Virus record (IMG/VR): IMGVR_UViG_3300044959_000237
Location: 32,001 to 96,000 of that record
Strand: one strand, 5' to 3'
Length of the DNA stretch: 64,000 bases
From: a virus
The notes under the pieces are model-generated. The model worked only from the letters and a program-made list of their open reading frames with translations, was not told the DNA's origin and made no database searches. Position 1 is the first letter of the stretch. Each line of letters begins with the position of its first letter. Of the stretch, positions 1 through 8,189 are shown piece after piece. Both the position numbers and the translations under genes were made by a program.

Positions 1-2
1 AG

Positions 3-188
3 TTGAAAGATTTGGATACGGTTGTTCAAATCAAAATCATAGAAACTTTGGGAAATTCCGTTATTCCTCCCATTATGCCAGAATTTTTGCATATTGCTTT
101 TGCTGCAGTTCTTGGCGTGGCTGCATATAGTCGAGGTATGGAAAAAAATTTCATACAAGGTTCGATAATAAAAAACAATTCACAATAA
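3..188 (+). CDS. C-terminal end of a probable 3TM holin-like membrane protein (5' end outside window)
   Basis: Hydrophobic helix FLHIAFAAVLGVAAY followed by SRGMEK, resembling the C-terminal motif of 3TM (GTA-type) holins; ORF open at the window edge. Confidence 0.5.
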   Translation: MKDLDTVVQIKIIETLGNSVIPPIMPEFLHIAFAAVLGVAAYSRGMEKNFIQGSIIKNNSQ

Positions 189-552
189 TTAAGTAAAGAA
201 ATTTTTCAATTTATTTGTAATTAATTTATGAAAACAAAATCGATAATAAAAAATCATGAAAGACAATTATACAATTACATTTGAATTGAACTGAAAATTT
301 ATATTAAAGTTTTGTAAAAAAAAGCATTACAAATTTTTGAAATTCAAAAACTTCAAAAATCATGATAAAAAATTCATTTTTGCAAATTTTATGTTCGAAT
401 ATCTTCATGAAATCGATTTTTGTATCTTTGATGGAACAATTTCGAATCACTTCGAAAAATCATGAAATTTTTTTATTTTTTTTTTTTAGTTTCCTTTCAA
501 CTTGTTAAATATTATTGTAATAGTAATACATTCAAAACAAAAAGGTAACAAA

Positions 553-2508
553 ATGAAAAAAACCATTTTAAGAAACAATTACAGAAAAGCAGTAGAAATA
601 ATGGATTTTTCAGAATATATGGAAAAACTTAAAAAAGACAGAAGCTTTTACGCATCACCAGCAGAAAGATTACTCAAGGCGATAGGAGAACCGGAACTGA
701 TCAATACGAAAGAAGATACAAGATTATCCAAAATATTCGGAAACGAAACAATAAAGTTGTATCCTGCTTTCAAAGATTTTTATGGAATGGAAAAAACAAT
801 AGAAAATATCGTCAATTATTTCAAATTCGTAGCACAAGGTTTGGAAGAAAAAAAGCAGATTCTTTATTTGTTGGGACCAGTCGGAGGCGGTAAATCATCT
901 CTCGTAGAAAGAATAAAATATTTGATGGAAAAAGAACCGATATATGTTTTGGCTTTCGAAGTAAAAGACAAAGAAGGCAACAAAATAATTCAACATAGTC
1001 CGGTTTTCGAAAGTCCTCTGGGACTTTTTTCGAAAGAAAACGATGCAGAAATGTTACTGAGAGAATATGGTGTCGAATCGAGATATATTCCATCGGTGGC
1101 TTCCCCTTGGGCAATAAAAAGACTCGATGAAATTGATGGTGATGAATCGAAAATAAAAGTCGTAAAAATGTATCCATGCAGATTGAGGCAAATTGCCATA
1201 GCAAAAACGGAACCCGGTGATGAAAACAATACCGACGTCGGCTCTCTGGTCGGAAAACTCGATTTGAGAAAATTGAATATATATTCGCAAAACGATCCGG
1301 ATGCTTACAATTACTCCGGTGCTCTTTGCAGAGGAAATCAAGGCGTTGTAGATATAGTAGAAATATTCAAATCTCCGAAAGATACATTGCATCCTCTATT
1401 GACAGCCACTCAGGAAGGAAACTTTACCGGAACCGAAGAAATTGGCCCGATTCCGTTCTCGGGAATCATTCTTGCCCATTCGAATGAAACTGAATGGAAA
1501 AAATTTCGGAACAATCCGGCCAACGAAGCTTTCATAGATAGAATCTATAAAATAACCGTTCCTTATTGCCTGAGATATAGTGATGAAGTTAAAATATACA
1601 AAAAAATGCTTTCAGAAAGCAATTTGAAAGATGCTCAAACAGCACCACAAACATTGGAAACATTGGCACAATGGTCGGTTTTGACCAGATTGAAAGATCC
1701 TTCTACAGGATCCATTTATACAAAAATGAAAATTTACAATGGAGATTATATACAAAATACTGATCCGGCTGCAAAAACTTACAAGGATTATGTCGAGGAA
1801 GCCGGTTTGAATGAAGGAATGTTCGGCTCTTCGACAAGAACAGCTTTCAAACTTCTGAGTAAAACATACAATGCAGACAATGAAGAAATTGCAGCCGATC
1901 CAATAACATTGCTTTATATAATAGAAGAGCATATCGACAATGAACAATTGTCCGATGACATAAAAGAAAAATACAAATCTTTCATCAAACGTTATCTTGT
2001 TCCAAATTATTTCGAATTCATTTCGAATGAATTGAGAAAAGCATATCTTGAAAGTTACCATGATTATGGTCAGAACATTTTTGAAACATATTTTACATAC
2101 GCTGACAAGTGGTGTGACAACGAAGAATATGTGGATCCGGAAACAAAACAAACTTTTGATCGTGAATATTTGAACAAGGAACTGGAAAAAATTGAAAAAG
2201 CCGCAAATATTGCAAATCCGAAAGATTTCAGATTCGAAACGGTGAAATGGATTTACAGAAGAAAAGCCGATAATGACGGCAGAATGCCAGATTGGACAGA
2301 ATATGAAAAATTGAAAGATGTAATCGAGAAAAAAATGTTCGAAACAATCGATGATTTGCTGCCAGTAATTTCATTCAGTAAGAAATCGAGCAAGGAAATC
2401 GAAAAGAAACATGAGGAATTTGTAGATAGAATGATAAAAAAGGGTTATACCAAAAAACAAATCAAAAGATTGGTAGAATGGTTCATAAGAGTCAAGACGA
2501 ACAGGTAA
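553..2508 (+). CDS. prkA: PrkA/YeaG family AAA+ serine protein kinase/ATPase
   Basis: Walker A LLGPVGGGKSS, KTEPGDENN, YSGALCRGNQG, AHSNETEW; ATG at 553 preceded by AAGGT. Confidence 0.95.
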   Translation: MKKTILRNNYRKAVEIMDFSEYMEKLKKDRSFYASPAERLLKAIGEPELINTKEDTRLSKIFGNETIKLYPAFKDFYGMEKTIENIVNYFKFVAQGLEEKKQILYLLGPVGGGKSSLVERIKYLMEKEPIYVLAFEVKDKEGNKIIQHSPVFESPLGLFSKENDAEMLLREYGVESRYIPSVASPWAIKRLDEIDGDESKIKVVKMYPCRLRQIAIAKTEPGDENNTDVGSLVGKLDLRKLNIYSQNDPDAYNYSGALCRGNQGVVDIVEIFKSPKDTLHPLLTATQEGNFTGTEEIGPIPFSGIILAHSNETEWKKFRNNPANEAFIDRIYKITVPYCLRYSDEVKIYKKMLSESNLKDAQTAPQTLETLAQWSVLTRLKDPSTGSIYTKMKIYNGDYIQNTDPAAKTYKDYVEEAGLNEGMFGSSTRTAFKLLSKTYNADNEEIAADPITLLYIIEEHIDNEQLSDDIKEKYKSFIKRYLVPNYFEFISNELRKAYLESYHDYGQNIFETYFTYADKWCDNEEYVDPETKQTFDREYLNKELEKIEKAANIANPKDFRFETVKWIYRRKADNDGRMPDWTEYEKLKDVIEKKMFETIDDLLPVISFSKKSSKEIEKKHEEFVDRMIKKGYTKKQIKRLVEWFIRVKTNR

Positions 2509-2525
2509 CAACAAAAGTAATACAA

Positions 2526-3821
2526 ATGAAACATTACATAATAGATAGAAGAAAAAATCCAAAAGGTAAAAGTGTAACAAATCGACAGAAATTCATTGAA
2601 AAATACAAAAAACAAATAAAGGAAGTTGTCAAGAAATCAATAAAAGAAGGAAAAATTCAGGATATTGGAAATGATGGTGCAATTGTTACAATTCCGAAAG
2701 ATAATTTATCGGAACCGAATATCGATTATGACAGAAAAACCGGAAAAAAAGATCTGGTTGTTCCTCATAATCCCGGATACAATGAAGGAGATACTATTGA
2801 AAAACCCAAAGGAGGAGGCGGAAACGGTACAGGAAAGGGAAACGCTTCCGGTTCCGGAGAAGGCGAAGATCAGTTTCAATTCAAGATCAGTCGTGACGAA
2901 TTTTTCGACTTGCTTTTCGAAGATCTGGAATTACCAAATCTTGTAAAAAAGAAGTTCGAAGAACTTGAACAATTCAAGTTGAAAAGAGCCGGGTTCAAAA
3001 ATCGTGGTGATCCCGTAAATCTCGACATAAAACAAACTTTCAGAAAAAGTTACATGAGGCGAATAAGTCTCAATCGTCCAGATGAAAGTGAAATCGAAGA
3101 TTTGGAAGTAAAAATCAAAAACGAAAAAGACGAGAACAAGAAAAAGGAATTGATTCGACAACTCGAAGAAATGAAAAGAAAAATTTTAGAAATTCCTTTT
3201 CTCGACAATCTGGATTTGAAATTGAGAAATTTCGAACCCAGACCCTTGCCTTCGAATAGAGCCGTCATGTTTGCCATCATGGATGTTTCAGCATCCATGG
3301 ACGAAGAAAAAAAGACCATTTCCAAAATATTCTTTCTTCTTCTTTATACTTTTTTGAGAAAAAAATACGACAAGGTGGAAATAGTTTTCATAAGACATCA
3401 TTCTGTTGCAGAAGAAACAAACGAAGAAGACTTTTTTCACAAGAAAGAAACAGGTGGTACGGTTGTCAGTTCTGCTCTCGAACTGTCTTTGAAAATAATA
3501 GAAGAAAGATATTCGCCAGAAGAATGGAACATATATTTTTCTCAAAGTTCCGATGGTGACAATTACGAGACAGACAATTCCAAAGTTATTGCTTTGACAA
3601 ATAAAATTTTGGACATATGTCAGTATTTTGCTTATATAGAAATTGATACAAGATATTCCAATTACGATATCTGGAACATGAATACGATACGGGGAGAAAC
3701 AAGTTTGTGGAAAACTTACAAAAAGATCAATAATCCAATTCTTCAAATGTCTGTTATAAGAAACAGAAAAGAAATCTGGAACGTATTCAGAAGTTTGTTT
3801 TCGAAAAACGAAAAACAGTAA
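2526..3821 (+). CDS. yeaH: YeaH/YhbH (DUF444) vWA-domain protein
   Basis: N-terminal IIDRRKNPKGKS..NRQKF, Gly-rich linker, LFEDLELPNL, MIDAS-like MDVSASM, ETGGTVVSSA, SDGDN; directly downstream of yeaG. Confidence 0.93.
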   Translation: MKHYIIDRRKNPKGKSVTNRQKFIEKYKKQIKEVVKKSIKEGKIQDIGNDGAIVTIPKDNLSEPNIDYDRKTGKKDLVVPHNPGYNEGDTIEKPKGGGGNGTGKGNASGSGEGEDQFQFKISRDEFFDLLFEDLELPNLVKKKFEELEQFKLKRAGFKNRGDPVNLDIKQTFRKSYMRRISLNRPDESEIEDLEVKIKNEKDENKKKELIRQLEEMKRKILEIPFLDNLDLKLRNFEPRPLPSNRAVMFAIMDVSASMDEEKKTISKIFFLLLYTFLRKKYDKVEIVFIRHHSVAEETNEEDFFHKKETGGTVVSSALELSLKIIEERYSPEEWNIYFSQSSDGDNYETDNSKVIALTNKILDICQYFAYIEIDTRYSNYDIWNMNTIRGETSLWKTYKKINNPILQMSVIRNRKEIWNVFRSLFSKNEKQ

Positions 3822-3890
3822 ATTGCTCACAATTTCAGTTGCAGATTATCTGTAAAAATATCATGAAAAGTCGAAAAGAAAATTTTCGGA

Positions 3891-4289
3891 CTATTCGATA
3901 GATACGGGTTTTGAAATCAACTTGAAATAAGCTTTTTCTCTGTCTTCGAAGGTTTTGAACAAAATAACAATTTCCAGAGTATCGTCATTTTTTTCATCGT
4001 AAACAATCGTTTTATATAAAGTCAAGATTGGCAAAATTACATTTTCATAATTGAATTCGTATATTTCTTTTTTCAAAATAAAAGTTATACCATACTCGTA
4101 TGATTTTTTTTCCATTGAAAATGTTTCGAAAAATTTTTTCATGTTTCCATAATTTTCAGATTCATCATCAATGTCATCTTCATTTTCGATAAAAGTTATT
4201 TTTATCGACCAGAATTTCGATGAAATATCGGAAAGTTTTTCGAGCAAATTCGACATTTTATCGAATCTAACTTCGATTTTCAATTTCAA
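3891..4289 (-). CDS. hypothetical protein
   Basis: 132-aa ORF, 4-bp overlap with the upstream gene. Confidence 0.6.
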   Translation of the reverse strand: MKLKIEVRFDKMSNLLEKLSDISSKFWSIKITFIENEDDIDDESENYGNMKKFFETFSMEKKSYEYGITFILKKEIYEFNYENVILPILTLYKTIVYDEKNDDTLEIVILFKTFEDREKAYFKLISKPVSIE

Positions 4290-4546
4290 TCCATAATAGA
4301 TTCGACGATATCGATAATGTTTTTTTCTTCTTCGAGTAGCAACATGTTGTTTTTGTTTTTGACAGTAAACATGACACGAATTGTTTTTCTGAGAATTTTT
4401 TTACTCAATCCGGTTTCCTCTTCGATTTTTTTAATCTCTTCGCTGAGATTTTCTCTCAATTCCTTGATTTGTTCCAAAGTATCAATTCCATATTTTACAA
4501 GTGAACGAACTTTCTCGATCTGAGTATTGTTGAGAACTTCATTCAT
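4286..4546 (-). CDS. T4 DsbA-like small dsDNA-binding protein
   Basis: 86-aa helical protein with pattern EEIKKIEEETGLSKKILRKTIR; strong SD GGGAG; own sigma70 promoter. Confidence 0.55.
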   Translation of the reverse strand: MNEVLNNTQIEKVRSLVKYGIDTLEQIKELRENLSEEIKKIEEETGLSKKILRKTIRVMFTVKNKNNMLLLEEEKNIIDIVESIMD

Positions 4547-4572
4547 TTTTTTTCTCCCTTTTCGACAAAAGA

Positions 4573-4601
4573 AGAATACAGTAATAAAATAAAAATGTCA
4601 A
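4573..4601 (-). promoter_or_regulatory. sigma70-type promoter
   Basis: TTGACA-17 nt-TATTCT on the minus strand, 27 nt upstream of the 4546 ATG. Confidence 0.7.
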
Positions 4602-4889
4602 TTACTCGTTTCGAGTATATTTGAAAGCAAAACATTTGTCCATGATTGGTTCGTGGGTTTTTTTCGAAATTGCATTCCATTCACTTTCTTGATTGAAGTG
4701 TTTTTTTGTTTTGTTTCTAATTTCAGTTCGAACAGAATGATTTCAGTTACTTGCGATTTAATGTAAAAAAAAAACTGGAATGAAAATCATTTTCTGTAAA
4801 GAAAAAACCTGCTTGACAGATTTTCTTTTCTTGTGTAGAAATTTACAAGAATACGAGTTTTCTTCGTTTTTGAGAACGGGAAATATTAC

Positions 4890-5564
4890 GTGAAAAGCAT
4901 TGTAAAAAGAAAATGTGATTTGAAAGAATTCTTTTTGAAACAATTTTTCTTCTATATGGACGAGAAAAAATCGAAAAGTTGTTGTATTGTTCGTTTTTTT
5001 CTGAAAAGATTTTATCTTGCATCGAAAGAGGAAAACAATAAAGACAGATTTCAAATATTGTTCGACATTTTGAAAAAATTTCTGATCGTAACGAAATTGA
5101 TGAATTTGATTCATTTCTATGTTTTTTATTTCTTGTTCATTTCATTGAAATACAACGATTTTACAATTATTTTCGATTATTTTTTGAACTTTTTGAATCA
5201 CAAAAACATTTACGAAATTTTGAAAGAAGAAAAGAAATATCATCTTGTTTTTGTTTTCGAAGAAATTGATCGATTCGACGATGTAAATAGAAATGTAAAG
5301 AATTTCTTCTTCTCCAAAAAAGAACTTGTTCCTTTTTTGAATGAAAACAAGTACGATATTGTTTTCATGAATAAGGAATTCTTTTTTCTTCGAAGATCGT
5401 TCTTTTCCGAAAATAGTAAACATTTCAATTTCAAGAAAATGTTTTTTCAGGATTTTCTCGAAAAAGCGAAACAGAATGAAAAAAGATTCTGGTATCTACA
5501 TTTGTATGTAATTGAATTGAAAGAACATGAAAACAGAATTTTGTTGGATTTGATGAATTTTTGA
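4890..5564 (+). CDS. hypothetical membrane-associated protein, paralogue A
   Basis: Hydrophobic segment plus a C-terminal domain shared with 5651..6586 (EKKYHxVFVFxEI, DIVF, FQDF..AK..EK.FWY.H.YVI). Confidence 0.65.
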   Translation: MKSIVKRKCDLKEFFLKQFFFYMDEKKSKSCCIVRFFLKRFYLASKEENNKDRFQILFDILKKFLIVTKLMNLIHFYVFYFLFISLKYNDFTIIFDYFLNFLNHKNIYEILKEEKKYHLVFVFEEIDRFDDVNRNVKNFFFSKKELVPFLNENKYDIVFMNKEFFFLRRSFFSENSKHFNFKKMFFQDFLEKAKQNEKRFWYLHLYVIELKEHENRILLDLMNF

Positions 5565-5566
5565 TA

Positions 5567-5595
5567 TTGACTTCTTGTTTTTTCTTCTTTATTCT
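5567..5595 (+). promoter_or_regulatory. sigma70-type promoter
   Basis: TTGACT-17 nt-TATTCT upstream of the 5651 ORF. Confidence 0.6.
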
Positions 5596-5650
5596 GACAA
5601 TGCAACGGGAAATTTTTTTCGATTGCAAATTTTTCTCGAATTTGTGAAAA

Positions 5651-6586
5651 TTGAAAAAAGTACCAAGTTTTCAGACAATGAATCACGTTTATGATTTCGA
5701 AGTCGAAAACAACATGAAGAAATTTTATTGTTTGAACGATTTTCTGTTCGAACAATTCGAACATTATCTCAATAAAAATAAAATCGAAAATTCAATTATA
5801 TACTGTTTTCTGAAAAATCATGGTTATACATGGAAAGATGAAAACAATAGGGAAATATGTAAAAACAAAATCAAAATTTCAATTTTGAGTACAATTTTGA
5901 AAATTTCCAATTTCGATTTTTCGAAATTTTTTTCGTTCTTTTTGTTTTTCATGGCCATTACTTTTATTTTTTCCATGTATTTCTTCCAGAAAAATTCGAA
6001 TATCGTACTTTTGTTATATTTGTCAATTTTCATTGTTTTTTCATGTTATTTTACAATGATCAAAATTTCACATTTTGTCAAAGAAAATCTTATTCGTCAT
6101 CATTTTTTCGAATCGTTGAAATACAATCGAATTTTCAATCTCTTGAATTCTTATCTTTATTATAGAACCATTGATGAAATCTTTTCTTTCGAAAAAAAAT
6201 ATCATGTCGTTTTCGTTTTTCAGGAAATAAACGAATTTTTTGTCGACAAATTTCATTATGAAAAAGTTCATGGTAATTATTACGATTTTCTTCACAAATT
6301 CGAAGACGAGCAATGTTTTATTGTAAATTCTGAAATTGTCAGAGAATTCTACTTTCCAAAAAATGAACTCATCAAAGTTTCAGACGAAAAATGTTTCGAT
6401 ATTGTCTTCAGTAAAAAAAAATTTACAAACATCGAACTTGAAGAGGAAAAACTGAAAAAAAGTTATTTTCAGGATTTTTACAAAGAAGCAAAAGAAAAAG
6501 AAAAAAAATTTTGGTACATTCATGTTTATGTAATAAAGTTCAAAAAAAACGAAGATGAAATTTTTTTGCAGATTCTTTTATCATGA
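5651..6586 (+). CDS. hypothetical two-TM membrane protein, paralogue B
   Basis: Two hydrophobic helices, then the domain shared with 4890..5564. Confidence 0.7.
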   Translation: MKKVPSFQTMNHVYDFEVENNMKKFYCLNDFLFEQFEHYLNKNKIENSIIYCFLKNHGYTWKDENNREICKNKIKISILSTILKISNFDFSKFFSFFLFFMAITFIFSMYFFQKNSNIVLLLYLSIFIVFSCYFTMIKISHFVKENLIRHHFFESLKYNRIFNLLNSYLYYRTIDEIFSFEKKYHVVFVFQEINEFFVDKFHYEKVHGNYYDFLHKFEDEQCFIVNSEIVREFYFPKNELIKVSDEKCFDIVFSKKKFTNIELEEEKLKKSYFQDFYKEAKEKEKKFWYIHVYVIKFKKNEDEIFLQILLS

Positions 6587-6621
6587 ACATTTTTTGAAAA
6601 AAATTTTCGGACTTTCGAAAC

Positions 6622-7029
6622 ATGAGGGTTTTGCACAAAAATTACAATAAGGAGAAAAACAAAATGATGGATATACTATATTCTGGTTCCCTGTTTTTCG
6701 AAAAAATTTCAATTGATTTCGATTTTGACACGAACAAAAACCTGTATCTGTATCCGGTTTTCATGAATTTCAATGACAGAAAAATTTATGTTGGCGATGC
6801 TTATGATCTGAAAACGGCAAATCATATAAGAGAAAATCTGGAACATCTTGTAAAAAATACTTCGGTCGATTTTGGAATAATAAAATTGAAGACGAATTAC
6901 GATCATTTCAATTTTATTGAAAATTTTTTCGAATCGAGAAATATGAATTGCTTGGAAATAGAGAAAAATGAAAATGGAACTTTTGTTGTTTTTATAAAAT
7001 GTTTTTTAATAGTTGAAAAAAATGATTGA
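6622..7029 (+). CDS. hypothetical protein
   Basis: ORF with SD AAGGAG before an internal ATG (~6664). Confidence 0.65.
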   Translation: MRVLHKNYNKEKNKMMDILYSGSLFFEKISIDFDFDTNKNLYLYPVFMNFNDRKIYVGDAYDLKTANHIRENLEHLVKNTSVDFGIIKLKTNYDHFNFIENFFESRNMNCLEIEKNENGTFVVFIKCFLIVEKND

Positions 7030-7033
7030 AAAA

Positions 7034-7513
7034 TCAAAACAAAAGTTCATCAGGGTGATAATAGGTTATTGCATACTTTATGCAACCATTTATGACATAT
7101 TCACTCAAATCGTCAATTAGAATTCTGCAATTTTTTCGAAAAGCAATCTTTCCTTTCCATTCCTTCAATTGATTTACAATTTCAATATTGTTTTTTTGTT
7201 TGTCGAGAATGTAATTGTTATTTACAATTTTTTCATATTCTTCTATGTATTTTTTCGGCAAACCTGTTATACTTTTGAAATATGATTCGTCGAGTCCGGA
7301 TTCGTTTTTTATATCGTTGAAAGCATTTTCAAAATATTCATTGTATCTGAAAGTTATCAAATGAATGTCATGTTTATCTTTGTTGTTTTTCAAATACTCC
7401 CATATGAATTCCTTGACTTTACTGCAACCAATAAGAGTATGATCGATATCCAAAGCAATATTCTCGTGTTTCGAAAAAATCACAGGAATTTTGGTAATTT
7501 CATAGTTTTTCAT
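7034..7513 (-). CDS. HAD-superfamily phosphatase
   Basis: Motif I ALDIDHTL, motif II LITFR, motif IV LIDD. Confidence 0.75.
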   Translation of the reverse strand: MKNYEITKIPVIFSKHENIALDIDHTLIGCSKVKEFIWEYLKNNKDKHDIHLITFRYNEYFENAFNDIKNESGLDESYFKSITGLPKKYIEEYEKIVNNNYILDKQKNNIEIVNQLKEWKGKIAFRKNCRILIDDLSEYVINGCIKYAITYYHPDELLF

Positions 7514-7562
7514 GAATTTTCAACCTCGAAAATTTGCAATTTTCATCAAAAAACGATCAATT

Positions 7563-8120
7563 TCATGAAGTTTTTGTATTGAATTTTATTTTTCTTTTTA
7601 CCTTTCTTTCCTTTTTCGAATTTTCGGTATTTTCTTTTTTTGTCGTTTTTCTGGTTTTTCTGATTTTTTCAATTGCTTCGATTTTATTATTTTCGTTTTT
7701 TTCGATGATATTGTTCAAATCAAAAAACACTCGATCATTTTCGACAGAATTTTCACAGTGAATTATTACCAATTCAAAATCATTCGATTTGAAAAATTTT
7801 ATTTTCTTTTGTTGAATTTTCTGTTTTTCCAGAAATGTCGAAATTTCATTTTTCATATTTTCCAAATTTTCTCCTGAAATGACAATCTTGTTTTTGTTTA
7901 TGTTTTTATTTTTCAAAAACATTTTTTGTATATATTGCAGTCTGAAAAATTCATTTTGTAAATTTTCCGGAATGGACAACAAAATAAAATCATCTTTATT
8001 TTCATATTTTACCGAATTTTTTTCCAAAAGATTTTTCAATTGAAACCATTCGAAAAGAAAATCATCGTTTATCGATCTTTCTATCATGAAATGAGGATTT
8101 CTTATCAATACATCGATCAT
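7563..8120 (-). CDS. hypothetical protein
   Basis: 185-aa ORF, SD AAGGA, ATAAATA motif at 8142-8148. Confidence 0.65.
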   Translation of the reverse strand: MIDVLIRNPHFMIERSINDDFLFEWFQLKNLLEKNSVKYENKDDFILLSIPENLQNEFFRLQYIQKMFLKNKNINKNKIVISGENLENMKNEISTFLEKQKIQQKKIKFFKSNDFELVIIHCENSVENDRVFFDLNNIIEKNENNKIEAIEKIRKTRKTTKKENTENSKKERKVKRKIKFNTKTS

Positions 8121-8189
8121 CTGTAATTTTCCTTTTTCGAATATTTATGAAACAAAAGGTAAAAATGATTGAATTTTCGAAAAGACAAA

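Noticed and set aside
553-3821. Host chromosomal contamination or prophage boundary at yeaG-yeaH
   Set aside because: Same AT content and YTAR depletion as core phage genes, flanked by phage-type genes, and the other host-like genes are interleaved with the phage core
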